Shown here: positions 1 through 10,691 of the stretch, piece after piece | Numbering within the stretch: position 1 is the stretch's first letter | Layout: each line of letters opens with the position of its first letter | Source: a virus | Length of the DNA stretch: 64,000 nucleotides | Strand: one strand, 5' to 3' | Virus record (IMG/VR): IMGVR_UViG_3300023301_000006 | Location: 1-64,000 of that record | Made by a program: the position numbers and the translations under genes | Notes under the pieces: generated by a model | What the model saw: only the letters and a program-made list of their open reading frames with translations | Database searches by the model: none | What the model was told of the DNA's origin: nothing

Positions 1-117
1 TGGTGTAATAGTTATGATTTATATACTAAATACACAAAACCACTAGAACCGTATTTAGAAAAATACCACAGGGAGATGATATTAAATGAAAGTACAATCA
101 ACAGTAAGACCTGATAA
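1..117 (+). CDS. C-terminal end of a probable reverse transcriptase (DGR-type), truncated by the window edge
   Basis: Frame 1 reads WCNSYDLYTKYTKPLEPY..., resembling the GWLKxCNSYxLxxKY tail of phage DGR RTs; ends TGA-TAA at 112-117. Confidence 0.45.
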
Positions 118-325
118 AATTGAAATATTAGGCAATAAAGTATTAATAAGAAGTAATATTGTTGAAACAGAAAAAGTTGAAGAGAATGGCGATATTCAAA
201 TTATATTTGAGTATGACGAAGTAGTTTATGCAAAAGATGAATATATAAGAATGATAAGTATTAAGAATTCGGAAACAGAAGAAGTTGTAGACCAAATACT
301 ATTAAACGATTTAATGGGGGTGTAA
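86..325 (+). CDS. Small hypothetical phage protein (tail-module associated)
   Basis: 79-aa ORF with GGGAG RBS, precedes XkdX-like gene. Confidence 0.7.
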   Translation: MKVQSTVRPDKIEILGNKVLIRSNIVETEKVEENGDIQIIFEYDEVVYAKDEYIRMISIKNSETEEVVDQILLNDLMGV

Positions 326-326
326 C

Positions 327-449
327 ATGTTCGAATATCTTAAAAGATTATACGATGCTGACAGATTAGATGAGCAAGGATTGCAAAAGGCTTTAGATAG
401 AGGTTGGATAACGCAGGAAGAATTTAACAATATTACTAGTGTCCAATAA
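327..449 (+). CDS. XkdX-family small protein
   Basis: MFEYLKRLYDADRLDEQGLQKALDRGWITQEEFNNITSVQ has the GWITxEEF XkdX signature; below ORF-track length cutoff. Confidence 0.7.
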   Translation: MFEYLKRLYDADRLDEQGLQKALDRGWITQEEFNNITSVQ

Positions 450-484
450 AGGGGATTCACAAAGTTTATCCACTCTTTCCTAGT

Positions 485-513
485 TTGACTTTCGCCTCAA
501 AATATGATATAAT
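485..513 (+). promoter_or_regulatory. sigmaA-type promoter with extended -10
   Basis: TTGACT-N17-TATAAT with TG at -15; the same architecture recurs before many operons in the window. Confidence 0.7.
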
Positions 514-525
514 AGGTATAAGGAT

Positions 526-1209
526 ATGGAGGTAAAAATGGAAAACACAGTACTCATAACAGTAATTGTGACTCCTGTCATAGCCTTTTTCCTAAAGGTT
601 CTTTATCAAGAATATTTATTCTTTAGGAATAAAAATGAGAGACCAACAACAGTGTTGAAAAAACATGAGTTGTTGAATTCTTATTTCGACAATCGGTTAA
701 ATTTTATAAATAACATATGAAATATTTCTGATAAGGGTAGACAGACTGTTGTAAGAATTGCGATGACAGCTTATTTGGAGATTTGGAGAGAACATTTATT
801 GGAGTTAGCAAAGGAGGTAGACGAGTCACACAAACGAGAAAAAGAATGTGCAGACCTATACCAAATAAACATGAAGGCTTTTAATACATCGATAGAAGAG
901 TACACTCATTTCTATCAGAATAATAATTTCTCAAAGGAGGAAAATGAAATATTTGAGATTTTTATGGATAAGTTTCAATCTTATCATCTAAGCAACATCA
1001 AATCAATAGAGGGGTTTGTATTTAGAATATGTATGAATAAGTTAATAACAAATTGTGTAGAAATACAGTATATGATATTCTCAAATTACTTAAGTGCATT
1101 TGATATTACTTTCATGGACATGAATGATACTGTCTCAAAGTTAAATGGAGAACTTACTGGGAAAATTATTAATGACATAAAAATAGGAGAATTAAAGGAG
1201 GTGTATTAA
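526..1209 (+). CDS. Membrane-anchored hypothetical protein (lysis region), one TGA=Trp
   Basis: ORFs 526-720 and 763-1209 are in frame, joined through TGA 718-720; N-terminal TM helix. Confidence 0.75.
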
Positions 1210-1460
1210 TGAATAACTTTTGGACAAATGGATTTAGTATTGAAGAAACAAAATTTTCTACTCTAGTTCTTGTTTTATTCGTAGCATTCATTTATGTAAT
1301 ATATGCAGATGTTGCTAATGGGTATATTTACACTGATAAGATATTCGATGTTATCAAGTGGTTGATAGCAGGAATAGCAGGTATTAATGGATTACGTGTC
1401 TTGGGAGATTTGAGCGACAATACAAGCCATGACGAAAAAGAATATGATATTAGAGGATAA
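1209..1460 (+). CDS. Putative holin
   Basis: 83 aa, two hydrophobic segments, charged C-terminus, upstream of the lysin. Confidence 0.55.
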   Translation: MNNFWTNGFSIEETKFSTLVLVLFVAFIYVIYADVANGYIYTDKIFDVIKWLIAGIAGINGLRVLGDLSDNTSHDEKEYDIRG

Positions 1461-1593
1461 AAAAAACATAATTATACTTGAATTTGCCCTTAAATTACAT
1501 TTGTAATATAAAATATAGTTTAAGGGTATATTTATATCAAGAAAATAAAAGTAGTTTAGAACGAGATTTCATAAAAAGGGGTGATTGGGAAAA

Positions 1594-4236
1594 GTGAATA
1601 AAAATTTTGATGTATTCGAAAAGTTAAACATACATGAATGACATAGGGCAGGGTATACTGGAAAAGGTGTAAGAATAATGGAGTTAGAAGGTGCAAATCC
1701 ATTAAACCCTCAATTCGATAATATGTTGATAAATGACTTCGACGATGGTCTAGAAAAGGGAGACTTAAATAATTCCCACGGAAGCAAGGTTTTTGATGTT
1801 ATTCATCAAGTGTGTCCAGACTCAAAGTTGTTCGTAGGTAGCTCTTCTACTTCTGACATAATTAGTAAAACAGTACCCTACATTGATAAAAACGACATTC
1901 ATTTAGTCGGAGCTAGTCTAGGGGGATTTGATAGAGAAAAAGTTAATATAAAAATAAGGGAGCTCAAGGAAAAGGGTGTGGCTTTCTTTACTAGCGTTGG
2001 AAACACTGGAGATAGAGGAGCTGGTGAGTTTGCTAAAAGCGAAGAATGAATAAATACTGGTGCTGTTCATTTAAAGAAAGGTAAGCCTTACAGACCTTCT
2101 TACTCATCTATAGACGAAGTGTTAGACTTTACATGTTATTCCAATATTTACATTGAGTCAGATAAAAAAGATGGATACTGATTTAAACAACAAGGAACAA
2201 GTTTTTCCAATCCACTTCTAATGGCTATGGCAGGACTTATAAATCAGAAAGCATTAGAAGAAATTGGTAGAGTACTATGTCAGAGTGAAATTGAAGGTAT
2301 ATTCAAAGATAATGTTATGGACTTAGGAAAGGTCGGACGAGATGAATACTACGGACATGGATTGGTTATATTACCAAACCCAAAAGACTTAAAACTATCG
2401 AATTATGTAATGGGCAACAAGAAAGAAAAGACATCAAAGACAAATATGAAAGAACAGAGTAAAGTAGGAGGTACGGACATGAATTTTAAAAATAAGTATA
2501 ATATTAGATATGATTTATTAAGAGAAGGAAGTAAAAGAAGAAGTGGTAAAAGTGCTAGTAAAATAGGTTTTATAGTAGCCCATGATACAGGGAATAAAAA
2601 CTCTACAGCTGCTAATAATGTAGCTTTCTATAAAAGGAGAAATAAAGACGACTACGCTTCTGCACACACTTTCATAGACGATAAAGAAATAATAGAAATC
2701 ATACCAGCAACCAAAGGAAGAACTGAAAAGGCTTGGCATGTAAGATATAATACACCCACAGATAATTTAGCTTACGATAATGAGGCAAATGACTCAGCTA
2801 TTGGAGTAGAATTATGTTATGGTGACAATATTAATTTTCAGAAAGCCTATGATAGGTATATATGGTATATAACTTATCTTACTATACTATATGACTTAAA
2901 TCCTTATATAGACATAACGGGACACTTCTTATTAGACTCAACAAGAAAAACAGACCCAGTTAATGCTTTAAGGTTCGGTGGCAAAACTTGGAAGGAATTT
3001 CTATTGGATGTAATAAGCTTATACGAACAATATAAAGACACTTCAATCGAATTAAAAGATGAAGAGAAAATAGAAGTAAAAGTAAGTAATAACTACAAAC
3101 CAAATTTAAAAGTTGGAATGAGTTCTGAATATGTTACACTCTTAGAGAATGCTCTTATACAATTAGGGTACTTTACAGAAAAGCAATATTTAGACCAATA
3201 CTATGGAACTTACACTGAAAAAATCGTAAGGGAGTTCCAGACAGCAGAGGGAATTGAGATTGATGGTAGAGCAGGTCCTCAAACTTGAGCCACTATACAA
3301 AAAGCTATTGATAGAAAGAAAAAAGGCTCTTCTGTAGACTTCTTAAAAGAGAAGATGAACGGTGGCGAAGTAGTTATAATGGAGAAAATGTTAGACTTCG
3401 TTGGCTATAATTTAGGCAGTTATAAAGATGACTATTTTGGTTGGGTTACTACAAAGGCTTTAAAGAAATTCCAAGAAGATAACAACTTAGATGTAGATGG
3501 AATTTATGGCATAAATACTAAAAAGGCTTTAGAAGAAGCTTATATTAAAAAAAAAGAACAACCAGTAGTAGCTAGTGCCTATAGAAAAATTAGAATGTAT
3601 GATAGTGATATCCATATCTATAAAACGCAACCACAAGACAAAGTTAGAGTAGAAATAGGCAATCCAGGAGTGTTAGAGAAACTAAGTAATATATTTAATC
3701 CAGCAAAGGCAAAGATAAATGCAGGATTTTTCGGTGGCGGGAAAGAACACCTAGGAATGTTAATTAGAGAGGGACTTTATTATTATCCTCCTACTAGCAA
3801 CTTCATAGATTTTATCTATTACAAAAATGGTAAAACACAAATAAAGAACCTTGATGGATACGATGGTGCTTTATTAAGTAGTTTTCAGAATGAAGCACAT
3901 TGGGCGATTGGAACAAGCTGGTCCTTAATTCAAGAAGGAGAAGTCAATTTAGAAAACGCTGACAAAATATCTCATTCTGGTTGGAGAAATCCAAGAACAT
4001 TCTTCGGACAAAATAAAGATGGGACGTTTACGTTATGCGTAATAGACGGCAGGAAAATAGCAACTAAAGGAGTTACTGCAAAGCAAGAGGCTGAGATAGC
4101 TAAGCACTTGGGACTCTGGAACGCAGTCAACCTAGACGGTGGCGGTTCATCGGTAATGATAGTTGCTGGAAAGATAATGAATAACCCTTCTGATAAAGAT
4201 GAAAGGTTAATTGGTTCGGCAATAGTAGTAAAGTAG
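1594..4236 (+). CDS. 880-aa multidomain lysin: S8 subtilase + amidase_2 + 2x PG_binding_1 + NAGPA-like phosphodiester glycosidase; four TGA=Trp
   Basis: One frame from GTG 1594 with TGA at 1639, 2047, 2179, 3286. Motifs W-HRAGYTGKGV, HGSKV, GTSFSNP (S8); HDTGN, AWH, KTDP (amidase); DGRAGPQT-W and DGIYG (PG binding); NLDGGGSS (NAGPA). Confidence 0.85.
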
Positions 4237-4243
4237 GTGTAAA

Positions 4244-5053
4244 ATGAAAGATGTTTATGATTTAAGCAACGCTGGAATATGAGCTTCAAAAGGATACAAA
4301 GGTCAAGGGACACATGTTGTAGTTCTAGATGATGAAGGAGACGCAACCCCTTGAATGAATCAAGTCAAAACAATTGGTACAATCCCAGGAGTCTTTTCGC
4401 ACAACACAAAAGTAAGTTTAGTTGTAAAAAAAATGGCTCCACTATGTAGAGTAACTATGATTAATTTCATTGGTGAAAACAGCAATAGGATTCAGGCTTT
4501 AGAATGGTTAAAGAAAAACAAAGAAGACATTGACTTAATAAACATGAGCTTTTCATTGAGTCGTGCACAAGAAGGCTACCGACAGATTCTAAGATTGGGA
4601 ATTCCCATGATATGTTCTGCAGGCAATCAAAGTCTTGAGTACGTGAGGTATCCTGCTTCTGATTATCAAACCGTTGCAGTAGGAGCATTTGATAGGACTA
4701 CAGGAGAAATAAAAGATTACAGTAACATTGGTCGGAAACTAGATTGTGTTGGATTTACAGATATTAGCGTACAAAGGAATGTATCTGGGTTTATGTATTC
4801 AGTACGAGGCACTTCTGCCTCAGCTCCCTATGTGACAGGAATAATAGCTATATACATGAGTTTCCTTAAGTCTAAGGGTGTGTATAAAAAAATGAACTAC
4901 CGTGAAGTGAAACGATTCTTAAAAAACATCAGTGTCGATTTAGGCTCTACAGGAAAGGATGTTAGAACAGGGTCTGGTTTAATAAAGTTACCCAAAGAAA
5001 TTAAATTACACAATCCTTGTTGGACTTGATGGAATAAATTAAAAAGTTTATAA
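4244..5053 (+). CDS. S8 subtilisin-like serine protease; three TGA=Trp
   Basis: W-ASKGYKGQG, VVVLDD, SHNTKV, SAGN, GTSASAP; TGA at 4280, 4352, 5027; TAA at 5051. Confidence 0.85.
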
Positions 5054-5074
5054 ACTATAAAAAGGAGAGTAAAA

Positions 5075-5455
5075 ATGGATAGTACAATTTTTATATTATT
5101 AGGAGTTCTTGCAGTCTCTATAGGTTTGCCTTTTGCAGTAAGATGGGCTAGAGAAACGTACGGAGTTTCCGAACAAGACTTAAAAACCGCATCAGATATC
5201 TTAAATATTTCAATAATGATTTTAGAAGAATTGGATTTTGAAAAGGGAGATGATGTAATAGGGTTTGCCACACTGGTAAGAATTTCAATAGAGTTTGCAT
5301 CTGAATTTGAAGGAGAAGACGACAAAGAGCAAATGAAATTAATTGCTTATGACCATGCAATAACTCAATTGGAAAATCTAAAGATAGAAGTTACAGAGAG
5401 AAGAATGCAAATAATCAGAATGATGATAGATGCAACTTTAAGATTCTATGTATAA
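5075..5455 (+). CDS. Membrane protein, possible second holin
   Basis: AGGAG RBS, N-terminal TM segment, last gene of lysis operon. Confidence 0.5.
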   Translation: MDSTIFILLGVLAVSIGLPFAVRWARETYGVSEQDLKTASDILNISIMILEELDFEKGDDVIGFATLVRISIEFASEFEGEDDKEQMKLIAYDHAITQLENLKIEVTERRMQIIRMMIDATLRFYV

Positions 5456-5489
5456 AAAAAAGAGACCTCATTAAGAGGTCTTTTTTATT
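5455..5489. terminator. Bidirectional intrinsic terminator
   Basis: A-tract, AGACCTC/GAGGTCT hairpin, T-tract between convergent operons. Confidence 0.75.
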
Positions 5490-6061
5490 GCCTTAATTCC
5501 TGCTTCTTCTTCCAATGCTATCACTAAATCAAGGAGGGTGTCAGAGCTTCCCCTATGGTATTTTATCTTAACAGAGGCACTTGACGTTAATAAATTAGTT
5601 TTTTTATCGTCGACGAGAATTCCTCCACTCATGTCTATAAGCTCCTTGGTGTTTTCAAATGGGTCCAATTGAAGTCCTATAATCTGACTAATGAAAGGTA
5701 AATTAGTTCTACACCATTTTGTTTTCTTAGAAATATTTCCTTGGGTTCCAATAGTACATATATACAAATCGAATTCTTCGCTTAATCTAGCTAAGTAACC
5801 TCTGTCTTCTTCTGACATTTCTATTCTTTCAAAAAAATCGTCACTTTTATAAAAGGTTTCAATAATGTCTGAGGCTGATTTCTTGTCATTCTCTTCGAAG
5901 ATTACTGGCAACTCTGTCGAGTAATCCCATGAGTTACTTCTAAAAAACATTCTTTGCACCTCTTTATCTAAGTGTCCATAATATTTTCTATACATATCAT
6001 AAATAATCTTATCTGAATTTATAATAACATTGTCGAAGTCTAAGAAAAGTTTTATTTTCAT
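5471..6061 (-). CDS. HAD-family 5'(3')-deoxyribonucleotidase
   Basis: LDFDNV motif I, KxxW, ILVDD motif IV. Confidence 0.75.
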   Translation of the reverse strand: MKIKLFLDFDNVIINSDKIIYDMYRKYYGHLDKEVQRMFFRSNSWDYSTELPVIFEENDKKSASDIIETFYKSDDFFERIEMSEEDRGYLARLSEEFDLYICTIGTQGNISKKTKWCRTNLPFISQIIGLQLDPFENTKELIDMSGGILVDDKKTNLLTSSASVKIKYHRGSSDTLLDLVIALEEEAGIKAIKKTS

Positions 6062-7188
6062 TAAATCGCCAATTTCTTAATCGCCATGTAACTAACTACA
6101 GAAGTGATAAATGACACTGTAATCGGTGATACAACTACTAAATTTCTACTAAGAATAAAAGCCAACAATGATAGTGCTGTTACTATTGCCTTTGTCTTAT
6201 TGAATTTAATATCCATTAAAGTTGTTGCTCCTAGATTAATGAATAAGAATAATAATAGGGCTCCGTATATTGGAAATGGAACTCTGGATAAAGAATTAGC
6301 TATAATTGGGACAAAAGCCATAACTATAAATATTAACGCTGTGTATATCTGAGCTGTTGGATGTAAATCCCTCTCTCCAATACTCTTTAAGAAACCATTA
6401 TTTTCAGAATAAGATACCGTTGGTACTCCGAAAAATGATGAGAATATATTTGCCGTTCCTATCCCAAAGAATACACAAGACCAACTCATATCTTCTCCTA
6501 ATTCAACTTCGTTTATCATTGCTGTCGCTGAAACATCTCCAAACACTTCTCCTATAACAGATATCGAAATTAAACTGATTGCAGTAAAAGCAGTGATTGA
6601 AACATGAGGAACTGTAAGGAATATAGAACCTGTGTCCATTGGAGCCACTCACATTCCCGCATAATATGTTCCTGCTCCCATTAATAGTAATGACAACGGC
6701 AATGCGTAATCTTTAACCTTTGGTATAAATGATAGTGTTAATAAAATACCTATTGTTATAAAACCAATTTGCGAGTTCGCCATACTCCAACCAATTGGAA
6801 TTAACAGTAAAGATATATATACAACTGATAATTTAAATATAAACTTGGGAACTCTGTTTAATAGGTTGGGGAATTTTTTAAGTATGGCTCCAACTCCTAG
6901 ATATATTAAACCTATTCCTAACACTCCAAACCCTACATATTCGTTCCCCAGTGTCTGAGATATCAATAACATACCACCAATGTATGAGGCTGATACACCC
7001 AATACACTAGATAGTTTATTTTTTGTAAAGATGTGAAAAATCAATGTTGACAATCCAACTGCCAAAAAGGCATTACTGGGAGTCACACCAACTGTTGCCG
7101 CAACGAATAAAATACTGGTTAAAGCTACTGCCATGTGCTCAAGCCCCATTGCAAAGTGCTTAATATGTCTCTTAAATATGCTTACCAT
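6061..7188 (-). CDS. NCS2 (uracil/xanthine) nucleobase permease; one TGA=Trp
   Basis: Two abutting in-frame hydrophobic ORFs joined at TGA 6649-6651; GLEH and PTVSYSENNG NCS2 signatures. Confidence 0.8.
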
Positions 7189-7720
7189 TCGTTTCCCTCC
7201 AATATTCTTCTAAAGATGCAAAGCTAGAGTAGAACTCACCATTGCCCAAAACTTTTAATCCTCCAATAACAAATTGATTATATCCTTTTGGAACTCCCAT
7301 TCCAACATAATCTCCAGCTGTCTCTCTTCTTATGTCTGAAAGTATTGCATCTACCCTTATCTTTTTGAAAGGATTATGTTTCTGAATGATTGCTAAGGCT
7401 TCTGCATCTAACTCTGGAGTCATTTTGTCTAATGCTTCCATGAACAAGTTGCCAGACAAAACCATTCCTAGCTCCATCATTAATCCAGGGTCTTCGTTGT
7501 CTATTGGAGCGGTTACAACATCAGAGGTTAATATCTTACTCATATCCTGAAGAAAGATATCTTCATTCGTAGGGACACTATCCTTTTTATTTATTTCATC
7601 ATTGGCTATCGGATTATAAACTTTGAATCCTAGTTTTTCTAAGCTCTCTCCTTCTAGAACCCTTTGTCTTACTTCTGCCTCCGTAAAGAGCTCACCACCT
7701 ATATAAAATCTTAAACTCAT
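7172..7720 (-). CDS. Nucleoside 2-deoxyribosyltransferase
   Basis: YIGGELF, YNP, IFxxD, DPGLMMELG. Confidence 0.75.
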   Translation of the reverse strand: MSLRFYIGGELFTEAEVRQRVLEGESLEKLGFKVYNPIANDEINKKDSVPTNEDIFLQDMSKILTSDVVTAPIDNEDPGLMMELGMVLSGNLFMEALDKMTPELDAEALAIIQKHNPFKKIRVDAILSDIRRETAGDYVGMGVPKGYNQFVIGGLKVLGNGEFYSSFASLEEYWRETNGKHI

Positions 7721-7731
7721 ATTACCTCCTA

Positions 7732-8268
7732 TTAAATACTACTATTCTCTATGTCAAATACTATGTCTGCTGAACTTGCGTCCTCCCCCCATTGATATTC
7801 ATTCAATTGTTCAATAGCATGTACTCCTATCAATATTGCGTCACTTTCATCATTCGTTACTTTTATATTAAATCTATCCAACACGTATTTTTTTGAAGCT
7901 CTCTTTTTTTCAGTTCTTCCTTTACCTTTAATGCTTGAAGAACTCCTCCATTGAGAAGCTGTAACAACTAAAAACTGTATGTTGTTTTCATATAGTCAAG
8001 TTACTAATACATATAGTAGTCCAGATAATTTCTTATGTGTCGCTGCATTCCTCATATAGTAAACATCTTCAACTACTACTGCATCAATATCGTATTCCTC
8101 AACTATTTCTATCATTCATTTTTTTATTCCGGCAATCTTCTCTACGTACTTATTTCCATCCACTTTCATTTTCCCGTAATCTAACATCGATGCTTTACCA
8201 TCTTTGTAATTAAATACGGCAAACCCACTTGTGGTTGCTTGGTCTAAGGCTAAAATGTTTAATTCAAT
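7732..8268 (-). CDS. ruvC: RuvC-like Holliday junction resolvase; two TGA=Trp; probable ATT start
   Basis: Absent from ORF track; reads ILALDQATTSGFAVF...VVVEDV...SQWRS...NDESDAILIG; TGA at 8116-8118 and 7996-7998. Confidence 0.8.
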
Positions 8269-8270
8269 GA

Positions 8271-8858
8271 TTACATCTCCTTCAATTGTTTTTTTAAAAA
8301 GTGTTTAGGACAAAGTGGTATATACATTTCATCACCAACTAACACTTCTTCACCATCCGTGACTACTTTCCCATTGACAACTCGTGAGTTAAACTTTGCT
8401 CGTTTGCCACACCAACATAAACCTATTATCTCATCAAAGCTATCTCCAAGTTCGAATAGTCTTTTGCTCCCTTTAAAAAACTCTCCCTTAAAAGTTGTCT
8501 TTAGTGTATAGGTTAAAACTGGGATTCCTCTCAGGTGTGCTATCCTATATAACTGTTCTACTTGTTCGCCACTTAGAAATTGAGACTCATCTATAATTAT
8601 AACATCTGTTTCTATGTTCCTTTGAATCCTTTGGTCTAATAACACTAATATATTGTCATGTTTTGTTATAGGTTCGGCAGGTGTACTACTACCCTCCAAC
8701 CTAGACTGTATTTGGTTCGTTCCTTCTCCTCTGTCACTGATGTCTAATTTTAAAGTCCAAACACTCTTATTTCTTCTTTTGTATTGGTAAACAACTCTTA
8801 ATAAATCTAAAGTTTTACCAGCTCCCATTGTCCCATGCTTGACATATAATTTTGACAT
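8271..8858 (-). CDS. tdk: Thymidine kinase
   Basis: GTMGAGKT, IIDESQF, CWCG...YIPLC. Confidence 0.9.
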   Translation of the reverse strand: MSKLYVKHGTMGAGKTLDLLRVVYQYKRRNKSVWTLKLDISDRGEGTNQIQSRLEGSSTPAEPITKHDNILVLLDQRIQRNIETDVIIIDESQFLSGEQVEQLYRIAHLRGIPVLTYTLKTTFKGEFFKGSKRLFELGDSFDEIIGLCWCGKRAKFNSRVVNGKVVTDGEEVLVGDEMYIPLCPKHFLKKQLKEM

Positions 8859-9029
8859 TTAGTCCACTTTAAGTTTCTCTTTTAAATACGGACTTAAATC
8901 AATAGCTATCCATATTGGCAGATATATTAAAATTATTTGCCACCAAGTAGCATCTGGGTAGTACATGCCACTCATTCTTGTCCAAACGATTGGTAATGCC
9001 ATTATTAAAATGTAAAGTAATCTTCTCAC
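8859..9029 (-). CDS. Small membrane protein
   Basis: GTG start after GGAGG, 56 aa hydrophobic. Confidence 0.6.
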   Translation of the reverse strand: MRRLLYILIMALPIVWTRMSGMYYPDATWWQIILIYLPIWIAIDLSPYLKEKLKVD

Positions 9030-9038
9030 TTTGACCTC

Positions 9039-9302
9039 CTATTTTTTATCCATTATATAAATACAAACCAATAAGAACAAAACCACTCCTATAAAATCAA
9101 AAGCCAAGTCTGGTAAAGAACTTGTCCACCTCGAACCTTTGACGGTTATATCATATATTTCTTTTCCTATTCCTATCATTAAAGTTAAATTAAAACCATA
9201 TCTAATTGCTCTTATTTTATCATATTTGAGCAAAAGAACTCCTGATTGATAAATGGTATTGGCAATAATAAAACTACAAACTAAGTGTAAAATAGAACCC
9301 AT
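9039..9302 (-). CDS. Small membrane protein
   Basis: H...GIGKEIYD...DLAFDFIG membrane pattern. Confidence 0.65.
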   Translation of the reverse strand: MGSILHLVCSFIIANTIYQSGVLLLKYDKIRAIRYGFNLTLMIGIGKEIYDITVKGSRWTSSLPDLAFDFIGVVLFLLVCIYIMDKK

Positions 9303-9303
9303 A

Positions 9304-9561
9304 TTACATCATGTTCTCCTTCGTTATACTTGCGATATTTTCTTGCATGTGACTTGAAACTTTAGCATATCCTTCGTCATTAACTTCTTCGGGAAATCCT
9401 CTAAATTCAACTCTAGCAGGGTACACTTCTAATATCTCCCCATCTTCAACATCAAAGACAATAGCCCATCCGAATAGATGTAAAGTAGTATTTATGAACC
9501 AAAGCAAACCACTATCTTGAAATTCTTTCCATTTTTTTCTTTTTATCATAGAACCTCCCAT
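9304..9561 (-). CDS. Conserved phage hypothetical protein
   Basis: WKEFQDSGLLWFINTTLHLFGWAI motif; start may be a few codons downstream. Confidence 0.65.
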   Translation of the reverse strand: MGGSMIKRKKWKEFQDSGLLWFINTTLHLFGWAIVFDVEDGEILEVYPARVEFRGFPEEVNDEGYAKVSSHMQENIASITKENMM

Positions 9562-9562
9562 T

Positions 9563-10030
9563 TTAATCTGTGCTTCCTATTCCTCCAGCTCTCTCCTCTG
9601 TTACTTCTTCTTCATCGTCAACTGTTTTATAAGTCATAAATATTCCTTGTGCAATAGCGTCTCCAGCACTTATTGTCAATGGAACGTTACTCTCATTCCT
9701 CATCTTTAACCATATGTGACCTTCATTCGGTGAACCAATATAGTCTGCATCAATTACGGCAGTCGTATTAGCAAGTCTAACATAGTATTTAAACCCCAAT
9801 GAACTTCTTGGCATAATGAGTAAAACCTCATCTTCTTCCATATCAACTTTTATTCCCGTAGGGAGTTTTATTTCGTCTCCGCTGTCTAGTATAAAATTAT
9901 AAGGGGAGAAAAAATCATACCCCGCTGACATCTTCGTTCCTCTTTTAGGAATTTTTATATCTTCTCTACCCATTTCCTTCATGTCTTTGTCCATTTGGAC
10001 TTGCGATATTCTATGAAACTTTCTACTCAT
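9563..10030 (-). CDS. dut: dUTPase (trimeric)
   Basis: AGYDF, PRSS, VIDADY, IAQG, RAGGIGST. Confidence 0.92.
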   Translation of the reverse strand: MSRKFHRISQVQMDKDMKEMGREDIKIPKRGTKMSAGYDFFSPYNFILDSGDEIKLPTGIKVDMEEDEVLLIMPRSSLGFKYYVRLANTTAVIDADYIGSPNEGHIWLKMRNESNVPLTISAGDAIAQGIFMTYKTVDDEEEVTEERAGGIGSTD

Positions 10031-10691
10031 CGTCTTCCTCCTCTAAATCCTTTTCTCCTAGTATTATTTCATTAACTTCACAATCTTTTGAGTTCACATA
10101 GTAGATTTTACCGCCTACACTCAATACATGTTCTTCTGTTAATTTTATAGCATTAATCAATTTGTCAACTGGAGGTGTATCTTCGTCCCAATTAAGCATT
10201 TTCATAACGGCTGTGCTATGGTATTGACCACTACCAATTACATAGTAATCATTTTCTATAGGAACCATAGAGTAATCTCCACTCATAAGGTACATTTTAT
10301 CTTTAAAAACTATTAATAATTCCCCATCAAAACGCTCCCCGTCTTTAGGACTATGCGTTGTAACAATTTCTATTACTTCCTTGAGTTCAAATTTTACCTG
10401 AGTGATAAATTCATAATCTCCTAAATTATTTTGAAATTCTTTATTAGCTCTCTCTAAAGCTCCTCTGACTTTCTCATTCCTTGTTTCTGACATTATCTTC
10501 GGCAAAAATTCATAATATTGTAATTCAGACAAGCCCAATTCTCCCACCATTCCAATAAGTAAATTCCCATCCATGGTTGGGTTAACCTTGCATATATCTA
10601 ATCTAGTATCTGTAAAAGAATTGCTAGCCATTGAATCACTAGCCATATGAATTACCCCTTCTTTATCTCTAATTGCTATTACTACACTCAT
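10023..10691 (-). CDS. Ntn-hydrolase, HslV/proteasome-beta-like protease
   Basis: N-terminal (M)SVVIAI...MASDS and IGSG motif. Confidence 0.65.
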   Translation of the reverse strand: MSVVIAIRDKEGVIHMASDSMASNSFTDTRLDICKVNPTMDGNLLIGMVGELGLSELQYYEFLPKIMSETRNEKVRGALERANKEFQNNLGDYEFITQVKFELKEVIEIVTTHSPKDGERFDGELLIVFKDKMYLMSGDYSMVPIENDYYVIGSGQYHSTAVMKMLNWDEDTPPVDKLINAIKLTEEHVLSVGGKIYYVNSKDCEVNEIILGEKDLEEEDDE

